Positions 18,792-26,627 of a stretch of DNA of 57,909 nucleotides are shown in pieces. Within the stretch, counting starts at the first letter, position 1. The number at the start of each line of letters is the position of its first letter. The stretch comes from a virus (lineage: Duplodnaviria; Caudoviricetes): positions 1 through 57,909 of IMG/VR virus record IMGVR_UViG_3300030430_001633; one strand, given 5' to 3'. Under the pieces are notes generated by a model, which did no database searches, had not been told where the DNA came from, and saw only the letters and a list, made by a program, of their open reading frames with translations. The position numbers and the translations under genes were made by a program.

Positions 18792-19104
18792 CCCCCTAAC
18801 CTAACTTTTTTTAATTTTTATTAACGAGAAAATGCCAAGACATATTAGCATCAGTATCAGTATCCACATCGCGCTGCTCCTTTGTTTGCGTTGCTATTTC
18901 TGTGGCAGTTCAGAACATTCCTGACCAATCCTATTTTGTTCGCCAAAATCCTCTAAAATCTTCACGCTGCGCGACGATGATTGATGACGACCGATGATAC
19001 ATCTAGAGGGACATTGATTGATATATATAGACTTAGGCCTATATATATCGGTCTTCGTCTAGGATGGGAGTCATCATCCTTCCTCCTCAACGATGGTCCT
19101 CGGT

Positions 19105-19130
19105 GAAAGGGGACGCCCGTGGACGTCCCC
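19105..19130 (-). terminator. Probable terminator of paralogue B
   Basis: ggggacg/cgtcccc stem followed by short TTTC on minus strand. Confidence 0.5.
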
Positions 19131-19137
19131 CCGATTG

Positions 19138-19557
19138 TTAACCTTTGACTACCAGCTTGACGAACGGAGTCATCCAGTATTTGCTAGACGGTGAATATCC
19201 ACCGTGCATCAAGGCGTGTAGGCAGACTGGCTTTTTGCGCGAGTGTCCTAATGGTGCTGCCTTATTGAGTGCTGCCTTTAGCGACGTGTCGCCGTCTACA
19301 CCAAACAACATCCAATCTTGGATGGTCTGGCGTACACCACCCGGACGTCCACCATAACCAAAGGGGACGGGCTGCACGGACTCCTTGTCAACATTGTCTA
19401 GCGGCACAATGTGGACGTTCGCCTCGTTACCGCCAGCGTGCTCTTGGACGAATTGCCAGATCTGGTCGTACGAGATCTCTGCATCGGTGACAAGGAGCTC
19501 AGCTGATTTAACGACAGCTTTGGCGGTGGACTTTTTAACAGATTTTTTAGCAGTCAT
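19138..19557 (-). CDS. Hypothetical basic protein, paralogue B (normal Asp/Glu)
   Basis: IWQFVQEHAGGN, QPVPFG, GGVR.TIQ.W, PLGHS.KKP.CL, GGYSPSS shared with paralogue A; AGAAAGGA RBS. Confidence 0.8.
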   Translation of the reverse strand: MTAKKSVKKSTAKAVVKSAELLVTDAEISYDQIWQFVQEHAGGNEANVHIVPLDNVDKESVQPVPFGYGGRPGGVRQTIQDWMLFGVDGDTSLKAALNKAAPLGHSRKKPVCLHALMHGGYSPSSKYWMTPFVKLVVKG

Positions 19558-19606
19558 GACATGTCCTTTCTACGACATCTCTATAAGCACCATTGCTTAT
19601 GAGTAT

Positions 19607-19649
19607 AGAGTAGCACCTAGGATTTTTATTGACAAGTCATTAATTGTCA
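19607..19649 (-). promoter_or_regulatory. Promoter with GAYAA-N8-TTRTC palindrome
   Basis: TGACAA-gtcattaa-TTGTCA at 19630-19649; -10-like TACTCT 17 bp downstream on minus strand. Confidence 0.6.
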
Positions 19650-19769
19650 AAAAACATCAGCGTCATCATCTATCATCATCAGGTCTGCGAATCCTCGTAA
19701 ATCGTCAGCCGACAATGATTGAGGAAGATTGATGAGTTGACTCTGGACAGAAGATGATTGATGACAAAA

Positions 19770-20210
19770 CTAGACTTCGTCCTCCCTTGTGATGGGAGAT
19801 GAGGATGATAAAATATGATTGATGGCCCCCGCCCAATCGTAAGGAATCCCTGAGCTCCAGTCAGGGGACAATGGTCCGTCTTTCTCTGTCTGTCCTGCTA
19901 TCTCCATGGCCCTAGAACCGTGAAATATATTTATAGTTCGGGAAGAAGGATGACCAACCAAGTTCCAGACATTACCAGATTGTCCGCTATATCTTATCTG
20001 CCAAGCAATTTGATGAGGACGAAGTGCGATCTTGTTTAGTGAGTTTAACCTATGGACCTTCAGCTCAAGCCAAAAAGCATAGCCGTCAAGTATGCCGTGC
20101 AAGTCAGGTACTCCAGGACTAGACCAAGACTCTAGGCGCGTCCAAAACACGCCTAGCTCCTTAGTTCCCTCACGGAGATTTTTCCACAATGTGGACTCTG
20201 GTTTACTCAC
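19770..20210 (-). CDS. VRR-NUC / Holliday junction resolvase-like PD-(D/E)XK nuclease
   Basis: E...GVPDL...WLELK...LRPHQIAW. Confidence 0.8.
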   Translation of the reverse strand: MSKPESTLWKNLREGTKELGVFWTRLESWSSPGVPDLHGILDGYAFWLELKVHRLNSLNKIALRPHQIAWQIRYSGQSGNVWNLVGHPSSRTINIFHGSRAMEIAGQTEKDGPLSPDWSSGIPYDWAGAINHILSSSSPITREDEV

Positions 20211-20416
20211 CGCAAACCAAGCCGACGCTGCTCTGCTTTGCTCATCGGAAACGACTCACAGATCTGTTCGCCGTCGCGCGTGATACGGATGTAGTGCTTG
20301 TAGAGATTTGTCTCAGCATACTCAAAAGCCTTTCCCTCATCCTTAAATCCAGCCACATACGCCCAGTCATCTGTAGACGCGTGGTATTTCTCAATGGTGT
20401 AAAATCCTGGTTGCAT
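20207..20416 (-). CDS. Hypothetical early protein
   Basis: CTCGTAGAAAGGAG RBS. Confidence 0.7.
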   Translation of the reverse strand: MQPGFYTIEKYHASTDDWAYVAGFKDEGKAFEYAETNLYKHYIRITRDGEQICESFPMSKAEQRRLGLR

Positions 20417-20452
20417 CTGTCTGCTCCTTTCTACGAGCGTTGTTACAATAAT

Positions 20453-20495
20453 AAAGTAACAAAGGGGACAATCAATGACACCCCCTTTGTTGTCT
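20453..20495 (-). promoter_or_regulatory. Promoter with palindromic box
   Basis: TGACAC-N8-TTGTCT at 20476-20495; TACTTT 17 bp downstream. Confidence 0.5.
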
Positions 20496-20502
20496 TGTTG
20501 TG

Positions 20503-20718
20503 TCAGCTATAAATGCTGTCGGCTACAGACTTACGCATAAACCCGATAATCTCTAGGTTGTCAACGAAGTTGTCCCATCCTTGGTTCCAGTCATCCTTGG
20601 TGTAGGGTGTCCAGTCTGCTGATCTGTCTCGGTTTATTTCTTCCAAGACCTGAGTAAGATCCCAGACAAACCTTTCGCCTGTCTGGGTATCCCGCACAAT
20701 GTAGCGCATATCACTCAT
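20503..20718 (-). CDS. Hypothetical early protein
   Basis: Probable start MSDMRYIV; EEINRDRS..WT.Y motif. Confidence 0.6.
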   Translation of the reverse strand: MSDMRYIVRDTQTGERFVWDLTQVLEEINRDRSADWTPYTKDDWNQGWDNFVDNLEIIGFMRKSVADSIYS

Positions 20719-20902
20719 GTTCATCCAACCTGAACATCTGGATCTGGTTTTGGCACTGGGGACAAGGGGTTTTGTCCTCATCGGTTAGGTGTCTGGCATA
20801 ATTATTGCCGAGCATCGGCATCCCACACAAGGTAGTCGGCTCATTGGGTATCTGCCAATGCTGCTGGCCGAGACGTTTAGTCCACTCATACAACTGTGTC
20901 AT
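20711..20902 (-). CDS. Small Cys/His (Zn-binding) protein
   Basis: H..., TLCG.PMLG, CPQC. Confidence 0.6.
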   Translation of the reverse strand: MTQLYEWTKRLGQQHWQIPNEPTTLCGMPMLGNNYARHLTDEDKTPCPQCQNQIQMFRLDEHE

Positions 20903-21210
20903 TGGAACCTCCCCTGCTCAAGTGCTGCCTCGTTGTTCCAGATAGCTTCGTCAGACTCGTCGTAGCTGTCTTGGTCAACCTGCTCATCCTCGAGAGCGTC
21001 CATGAATTGTATGGCAGCCACGCGGTTGTCGTAATCGCGCTTGGCCTCGTCGTAGCTGTTGTAGATGCGTATGTTACCAGAGATACGCTTGGGAGTAGCA
21101 AGGCCATCCTCGCGGAAAACCATCCAGCCTATGTTGATAGGCGCGTAACGCAGGACTGTTTGTGAGCGTCCCTCGTTAAACACATAAGTAAGGTCTTTGG
21201 GCATCTTCAT
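20899..21210 (-). CDS. Hypothetical early protein
   Basis: Start MKMPKD after AGAAAGGAG RBS. Confidence 0.65.
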   Translation of the reverse strand: MKMPKDLTYVFNEGRSQTVLRYAPINIGWMVFREDGLATPKRISGNIRIYNSYDEAKRDYDNRVAAIQFMDALEDEQVDQDSYDESDEAIWNNEAALEQGRFQ

Positions 21211-21245
21211 TGTGAGCTCCTTTCTGTGAGCGTTGCAATAATTAT

Positions 21246-21297
21246 AAGGTAATACAAGTGACGGCAAGTGATAAGTCTTTTATGCTCACTTGCCGTC
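21246..21297 (-). promoter_or_regulatory. Promoter box embedded in 12-bp inverted repeat
   Basis: TGATAA-N8-TGCTCA at 21269-21288 within gacggcaagtga/tcacttgccgtc. Confidence 0.55.
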
Positions 21298-21304
21298 CTA
21301 TTAA

Positions 21305-21577
21305 TTAGTAGTCACGCAAAAACTGCTTGAGCTCAAACAGGTGGGCGTCCTCGGCAACGGTAGTTGCGTAGGTGCAGTCAACCTTGCAGTCATCATTGTT
21401 AGTGTTTGTAATGGTGACGTGCGTCTCATGCTCAAAACCAACTATGCTTATTTGCCTCAAATCATCAAGGCAGCATAGCACCCTGTCATCAGTGACCTCA
21501 AGGTGTGTTGGCTGTATTGCGTGATAGTCAACCCAGTGGTGCAACACTGCGTCTCGGGTTTGTTCAAAGTAGTTCAT
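21305..21577 (-). CDS. Hypothetical early protein
   Basis: AGAAAGGA RBS, own promoter. Confidence 0.65.
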   Translation of the reverse strand: MNYFEQTRDAVLHHWVDYHAIQPTHLEVTDDRVLCCLDDLRQISIVGFEHETHVTITNTNNDDCKVDCTYATTVAEDAHLFELKQFLRDY

Positions 21578-21609
21578 CGTAACGTGTCCTTTCTTTGACT
21601 GTTGTTACA

Positions 21610-21657
21610 ATTATACTATGCCATAGTTGAGTAAAAATGATAACTCTTTATTTGTCG
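21610..21657 (-). promoter_or_regulatory. Promoter with palindromic box
   Basis: TGATAA-N8-TTGTCG at 21638-21657; TATAAT at 21610-21615 on minus strand. Confidence 0.55.
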
Positions 21658-22184
21658 CTATCTTCATGCTCAATAATCATGTTCCCGTCTGCGACGACAG
21701 CCAGCGCGGGGAACTCTTCCTGAATCTTTTTAATTTCTCGCATCACTTCATCGCGGCTCATCTGGTCAATCTTCCCATGGAGGATTTCTTTACGATCTAT
21801 ATAGATCCCAGCAGCCTGTCCTCTAGACTTCTCGGCAGCGACGGCAGCAGCAAAATTTCCTCCCGTCATGGCAGCGTCACGGATCTCTGCAAGTTTTTTG
21901 ACATGACCTTCAAAGCTCACCTCATACTTACGAGCCAGCTCTTGCTTCAGTTCACGGATCCTCTCCACGACATGGGGATACCGCTGCCCATTGAGTAATT
22001 GTGAGGCAATGGCATGGGCAGACTTCACAGAATATCCAGCGCGGACTGCTGCCTCAGTCTGGGAAATATCCTCACAGACGTAGAGTCGTGCAAATTCTTC
22101 TTGTTTCGGCGTGATGGATTTTTCTTTGCGCGGATTTGCGACGACATCGAGTGTGGGTTTATGAGTCGCTTTTGCCAGAGCCAT
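21648..22184 (-). CDS. terS: Terminase small subunit
   Basis: ITPKQEEFARLY...TEAAVRAGYS...A..IASQLL HTH typical of TerS. Confidence 0.75.
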   Translation of the reverse strand: MALAKATHKPTLDVVANPRKEKSITPKQEEFARLYVCEDISQTEAAVRAGYSVKSAHAIASQLLNGQRYPHVVERIRELKQELARKYEVSFEGHVKKLAEIRDAAMTGGNFAAAVAAEKSRGQAAGIYIDRKEILHGKIDQMSRDEVMREIKKIQEEFPALAVVADGNMIIEHEDSDK

Positions 22185-22220
22185 GTGACCCCTCTCCTCT
22201 TAGCGATGGGATACTTTGCA

Positions 22221-22286
22221 TAATAGGACCAAAACAGAATTTTGTTAAATTCAAATTTATCGCAGATTCAACCGCGCGGACGGAAA
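22221..22286. repeat. Bipartite dispersed repeat, copy 1 (origin candidate)
   Basis: taataggaccaaaac...cgcgcggacggaaa; second copy at 40382-40446. Confidence 0.7.
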
Positions 22287-22589
22287 TACTTTCGTTGAGA
22301 TATTGGTTATTGAACCATCAACCTACCCACAACTCATTGAATATATGTGGATACCCATATATCGTATATTTTCAATTCATAAAAAACAAATTTACTCCCA
22401 TCCATCATTCACCCCTATATACCAAACTGACCAATTTAGGGGGTTACCTACCTACCACCCCCTGCCTTTGAGACGATCGAGCGGCGTCGAGAAGCGGTCT
22501 TTTTTGCCTCGCGAACCAAGTTTAGTGGGTAAAAGACCCCCAGCCGTTACCGACTGAGGGCAAGTTTAGGGAGGAATTATGAAGCAAGG

Positions 22590-22880
22590 TTACTTCTTCA
22601 CGTCCCACCCTAACATAGATTTCACACGTTGCCACATATCAATCCAAACATTTTGCGACGGAGGTGCGGAACCCAGAGCTTTTTGGCTCTTGTTATTAAA
22701 CTGGTCTACGGAGATGATTGGGTTAGGCATGGTCTCGGTTGGCACTCGACTATAGAGCACATACGTTAGTTGATTCATAGTCAGGTTATGATTGCGGCTC
22801 AACTCGCGGAGGGTATCCCCCGCGAGCTTATCTGCATGAACCTCATCAATCAACCGTTGAGTGTACTTTTTACGCGGCAT
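22590..22880 (-). CDS. HTH-containing protein
   Basis: Probable start MPRKKYT; GDTLRELSRNHNLTMNQLTYVL. Confidence 0.55.
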   Translation of the reverse strand: MPRKKYTQRLIDEVHADKLAGDTLRELSRNHNLTMNQLTYVLYSRVPTETMPNPIISVDQFNNKSQKALGSAPPSQNVWIDMWQRVKSMLGWDVKK

Positions 22881-23334
22881 CGTTTTCCCTCCTGCGAATA
22901 ATCTCACGGGCTTTAGCCGTCCCCTGCGCCGTGATGTGGTACTTATGGGGCTTATCATCGCCTAACCGCTGGGCGTCACCACGCCTTGCCAGATTGTAGA
23001 GCGCACCCGAAGGGTCTTCAATCTCTGCAATATCCATAAAGTCACGGGCTGTCAGGGTAGCATTAGTTTCGTACAACCTCAGTAGGATCTCAGCGGTGCC
23101 ACCGTAGCTAATCAGCTTGCCTCCCCTTTTACTCCGCTTGACTTTAATCTTACTCGTAGGAGCCGCGACGGTAGGGGCTGGCATAGTCTGGCTTGTAGGG
23201 GTGACCATGCCATTCTTTATCATCCAGCGGATCTGCATACCAACGGTGCGGCACTCAGCATCGGCTACGGTCTTCAACAGGTTGTACGTATCAATGTCAA
23301 CCGAGATAGACTTATACTGTTCGGGATCGGCCAT
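22870..23334 (-). CDS. Putative transcription regulator (ribbon-helix-helix N-terminus, winged-helix C-terminus)
   Basis: YKSISVDIDTYNLLKTVA...RT...QIRWMI; C-terminal LTARDF...ALYNLARRG...YHITAQG. Confidence 0.55.
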   Translation of the reverse strand: MADPEQYKSISVDIDTYNLLKTVADAECRTVGMQIRWMIKNGMVTPTSQTMPAPTVAAPTSKIKVKRSKRGGKLISYGGTAEILLRLYETNATLTARDFMDIAEIEDPSGALYNLARRGDAQRLGDDKPHKYHITAQGTAKAREIIRRRENDAA

Positions 23335-23569
23335 TTTTCTTGGTCCTTTCTTCCAATAGGGCTACTTCTCTAGCCTTGTTTGCAATCATGCTTTCTAAGA
23401 TTGCTCTGGCCTCTGGACTACGAAAGCACACCGTAGCCAGAGTGTATGAGAGTAGACCGCACTCACGGTCTACCTCGTAATTTTTGTTACCTTGCTCCAG
23501 AGTATACTGGAACTCATCTAGGTTACGGAGGTGTTTAATCGCACCCCGCACCTCACTGTAAGTAGTCAT
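23312..23569 (-). CDS. Hypothetical protein
   Basis: Coupled ORF. Confidence 0.55.
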   Translation of the reverse strand: MTTYSEVRGAIKHLRNLDEFQYTLEQGNKNYEVDRECGLLSYTLATVCFRSPEARAILESMIANKAREVALLEERTKKNGRSRTV

Positions 23570-24036
23570 GAGATGTCGATATCTACATTGAAAGTAACCT
23601 TATCACGCAGTATTTCTAACACGCGGTCTTCAAGGTCACAGTCAGCAACGTAGTTATCAAGATCGTCTCGTGTAGCAACCTCATCACGAGCACCCTCTAC
23701 CTCATCATCTAACTCTTGTAGCTTGGTTTCTAGGTCAATCACACGAGCGTAGATATCATCTACTGTTTTACCAGCAGCATCTAAGTTTTGCTGGCCTATA
23801 GACATATCTTTCAACTTGTAAAGTAAACCCATGATGTGCTGCATATCAGCACCAAGGTTCTCAAACCTGCTACGCACATCACTTATGCGTTGAGCCTGTG
23901 CATTGATTGGGTTAACCTCATCACGAGCGGCAATGTCTGTACACACAGCATTGTCTACTTCACTACTCTCAGGCACAGCAGTAGCAGCACCAGACAAACC
24001 AGATACAACAGCATTAGCTTCAACTTTCTCAGTCAT
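23566..24036 (-). CDS. Coiled-coil acidic hypothetical protein
   Basis: AGAAAGGAG RBS. Confidence 0.65.
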   Translation of the reverse strand: MTEKVEANAVVSGLSGAATAVPESSEVDNAVCTDIAARDEVNPINAQAQRISDVRSRFENLGADMQHIMGLLYKLKDMSIGQQNLDAAGKTVDDIYARVIDLETKLQELDDEVEGARDEVATRDDLDNYVADCDLEDRVLEILRDKVTFNVDIDIS

Positions 24037-24099
24037 AACCTACTCCTTTCTTGAGCGGTCGGTGGTTACATGATAGAGAGGCTCTCTACCACTAAATAT

Positions 24100-24143
24100 A
24101 GTATGCCACAACAGATATTAGGTGATAACTCGTTTGTTATCAC
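24100..24143 (-). promoter_or_regulatory. Promoter with perfect palindromic box
   Basis: GTGATAAC-tcgttt-GTTATCAC at 24122-24143. Confidence 0.6.
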
Positions 24144-24397
24144 TAAAACCGTGGCTCATCTTTCCAATACAGATTGCCATACTCATCTACAATACAATCA
24201 CGTTCGGGGTCAAGTTCTACTTCTCCAGAACCTTCACATTTATCGCACTCATCCATGTAACCTTCTAAGTATCCACCATTCATATAGTCAATGACGGGAC
24301 GTTCATACTCGCAAGTCCCCTCACCACCACACTGGGGGCAAGATACATGGGTGACATTATCATCTACAGGTACTAGATTGTGCATAGGTGACCCCAC
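24143..24397 (-). CDS. DnaJ-type CxxCxGxG Zn-finger protein
   Basis: CPQCGGEG...CDKCEGSG. Confidence 0.65.
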   Translation of the reverse strand: MGSPMHNLVPVDDNVTHVSCPQCGGEGTCEYERPVIDYMNGGYLEGYMDECDKCEGSGEVELDPERDCIVDEYGNLYWKDEPRF

Positions 24398-24595
24398 TTA
24401 TTTTAAGGAATAAGAAATACTACGACGAGCATGATTACGGTCATAAGGTCCATTTCCATAACGCTGTGTCTCCTTTCTAGAGAGTTTCATGTACTCATTT
24501 AACCAGCAGGAATAGCAGAGATAACCGATTGGCTCAGCTACCTCCGCTGGATCATTGCACTTATCACACTTCCGTTTTTTCATCACGGGCCTCAA
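24398..24595 (-). CDS. Small Zn-finger protein
   Basis: CDKC...CYSC. Confidence 0.55.
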   Translation of the reverse strand: MRPVMKKRKCDKCNDPAEVAEPIGYLCYSCWLNEYMKLSRKETQRYGNGPYDRNHARRSISYSLK

Positions 24596-24785
24596 ACAGC
24601 GGTTTGAAAGCTACGTTAACCGAGCGCAGTGGTAGATGGTCAGATATAATACAGTCTAGCTCAAAAGAGTCAATGCCAAGACCTGACATTCCCTTTTTGA
24701 ACTCATCATCATCTATATTCCCTTGCGTCCAGTCGTGGATCAGTTCATCATAAGTGCCTAACCACAAGTCTCCCATTCTACCCAT
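24564..24785 (-). CDS. Hypothetical protein
   Basis: Coupled ORF. Confidence 0.5.
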   Translation of the reverse strand: MGRMGDLWLGTYDELIHDWTQGNIDDDEFKKGMSGLGIDSFELDCIISDHLPLRSVNVAFKPLFEARDEKTEV

Positions 24786-25046
24786 TTAATCCCCCAATCC
24801 GTGAAAGATGTTGTGAAACCACACCGGCTTACTCTTGTCGAGTTTTAGCTTACCGTTGACCCAGTCATAATAGCCATGGATTTTTGGCTTACGTCTCCCT
24901 TTCAAGACCACAATCTCTTTAACATCGGTGGTGGCTTTGGGAGATCTCTGTAGATGAGCCTGTACCAGACTTATCTTAGAATAGATAGGCGTGAGAGAAA
25001 CCCCCTCACGCGAGTTGTGGTAAACAAGAGCAGAGTACATCACCAC
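24786..25046 (-). CDS. Hypothetical protein
   Basis: Coupled ORF. Confidence 0.55.
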   Translation of the reverse strand: MVMYSALVYHNSREGVSLTPIYSKISLVQAHLQRSPKATTDVKEIVVLKGRRKPKIHGYYDWVNGKLKLDKSKPVWFHNIFHGLGD

Positions 25047-25049
25047 CCC

Positions 25050-25262
25050 CTATTGAAACAAAAGGTTGTAGTCGTGAGCGTACAAGAAGTCGTCAAAGCT
25101 ACCATCACATGTTGTTAGCTTCCAGATTTCCCATTCGTACAAGAAAACCTGAGCAGCCTCACCCTGTAAGAAGAATGACCAGCCAGCCTCATGCTGTTTA
25201 ACAGTGACGCAGCGTTCACCGTTAAACTGCTCATCCTGCATTGAATAACCACCAATAATCAT
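25050..25262 (-). CDS. Hypothetical early protein
   Basis: CTCGTAGAAAGGAG RBS; FFLQGEAA.VF..EW. Confidence 0.65.
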   Translation of the reverse strand: MIIGGYSMQDEQFNGERCVTVKQHEAGWSFFLQGEAAQVFLYEWEIWKLTTCDGSFDDFLYAHDYNLLFQ

Positions 25263-25480
25263 GGCTCACTCCTTTCTACGAGTTTAAGTTACAGTTTAAT
25301 TCTAAAGCATTACCTATTGAAGACAATAACAAATTACTCAAAAGAGAGCAGTTTTGCCTCATGCTCAGGAGTCTTTGGTCATAGGTTGTTCAACTCTGTT
25401 TTTTCGGATCCCTAGTACCAGAGTTATGGAGCTCCTAGGTTAACGTCCCTAAACTTGCATCGGCGTAGGGCGGCCTGACC

Positions 25481-25870
25481 TTAGTATTCAGTTGGCAACA
25501 TCAAGATACCACTTCCCGAAACATGACGGCCAGTAGTCAAGATAAACTTAAACTCAGACGGCGCAGGTAAATCCGTATACTCAATATTACGAGTATGCAG
25601 CGTTATCGGACCATCACCTTTATCACCGTCGGTACCTACAATCACGGCAGAGTTATCATCATTTACCGTTACCTCAATAAAGATAATATACTCTTCTTCA
25701 CTGAGCAATGGCACAAACTCGGTAGCCACGATATCCATAAGCCAGTAAGCTCCGGCTTTTTCGGCGAAATACTTAGTCCCATCAGTAAGCAACAGGTCGC
25801 GGACCATAGGCAGTTTATGATGGTAGTAATGCTCAGTTCCGTGGAACCCAGATAAATCAACAGCTTGCAT
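25481..25870 (-). CDS. Conserved hypothetical protein (DUF6876-like)
   Basis: F.GTE.YY.H, LTDG.KY.AE..GAYWL.DI, IEYTD.P, LMLP.EY. Confidence 0.65.
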   Translation of the reverse strand: MQAVDLSGFHGTEHYYHHKLPMVRDLLLTDGTKYFAEKAGAYWLMDIVATEFVPLLSEEEYIIFIEVTVNDDNSAVIVGTDGDKGDGPITLHTRNIEYTDLPAPSEFKFILTTGRHVSGSGILMLPTEY

Positions 25871-25956
25871 ATCTAACTCCTTTCTACGAGTGTTGGTTGC
25901 TGTTAGCTAATATATAGGTATAGATATTTTGATAGACAAAAATTATATTCTCACGT

Positions 25957-26202
25957 TTAGTCTTCATTTGGAGCAGTCCATTTAGCTCCCACTAGATATC
26001 CGCACTCTCCACAACTGATTTGACCCTCCATGTGAGAAATGAGATTGAACGAGCTAGATCCACAGAGCGAGCAGAGTAGAACCTCTACCTCATGCTCAGT
26101 GACCACTAAATTCTTCTCCTCTATGATGGGGACTTTTTCTCGTCGGATGAAAGGGATGACATTGTCTCTCTCATGAATGGGGGAGTTGGCCTTCTGCGCC
26201 AT
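25957..26202 (-). CDS. Small Zn-ribbon protein (start uncertain)
   Basis: CSLCG...CGECG. Confidence 0.5.
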   Translation of the reverse strand: MAQKANSPIHERDNVIPFIRREKVPIIEEKNLVVTEHEVEVLLCSLCGSSSFNLISHMEGQISCGECGYLVGAKWTAPNED

Positions 26203-26627
26203 ACACTAAACCTCGCTTTTTCATAGATGTAATAATTTTGGTACGCCGTGATTGTATCAGAATGTTTATATTCATCGGGCATAGCTTGATAAGGTTTAGT
26301 AAACCCTCTAGCGTCTAGCCCTATTGGTGGACATCGTAACATTGCGAGAATCCTCCCACAATCATGGTATTTGTCAAAACGATAAGTGTATTCTTTACAA
26401 AGAGCTACACCTAGTTTCCACAACCACCGATAATTTTCTACTGTTTGACCTGCCCAAAGAGTGCAGCCATGTTTCGGGCTGAAGGGTTTATAGGGCGCGT
26501 CACCTTGGTAGCGGTGATGCACACTACTTAACATCTGGCAGGTTTCTAGTGGCATCTTTATAACGTGCTTATCATTGTGCCACTGAGCGCAGATTACTTG
26601 GTCCCAATCGATAATAAATATATTCAT
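26121..26627 (-). CDS. Pyrimidine-dimer DNA glycosylase (T4 endonuclease V-like)
   Basis: MNIF.........A..H.DKHV.KM.LE..QMLS, H.CTLW, L..EY..RF.K.H, QAMPDEYK...AYQNYY. Confidence 0.75.
   Translation of the reverse strand: MNIFIIDWDQVICAQWHNDKHVIKMPLETCQMLSSVHHRYQGDAPYKPFSPKHGCTLWAGQTVENYRWLWKLGVALCKEYTYRFDKYHDCGRILAMLRCPPIGLDARGFTKPYQAMPDEYKHSDTITAYQNYYIYEKARFSVWRRRPTPPFMRETMSSLSSDEKKSPS

Noticed and set aside
18190-18825. UV-photoproduct avoidance as the cause of TC depletion
   Set aside because: TT, CT and CC dipyrimidines are abundant in the same stretch
18190-18825. Simple GATC or GANTC site avoidance, or a foreign insertion
   Set aside because: Avoidance covers all GA/TC contexts, GATC is common elsewhere, and the gene has a native paralogue and native-style RBS
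24122-24143. Fur box reading of the palindrome
   Set aside because: Fur consensus is GATAAT-N7-ATTATC (one base longer), and many copies here have GACAA
25435-25480. Resemblance to pistol ribozyme fragments (TTAGGG-ACGTTAA, GCCCTA)
   Set aside because: Elements are out of order and the stems are incomplete; kept only as a generic structured-RNA candidate
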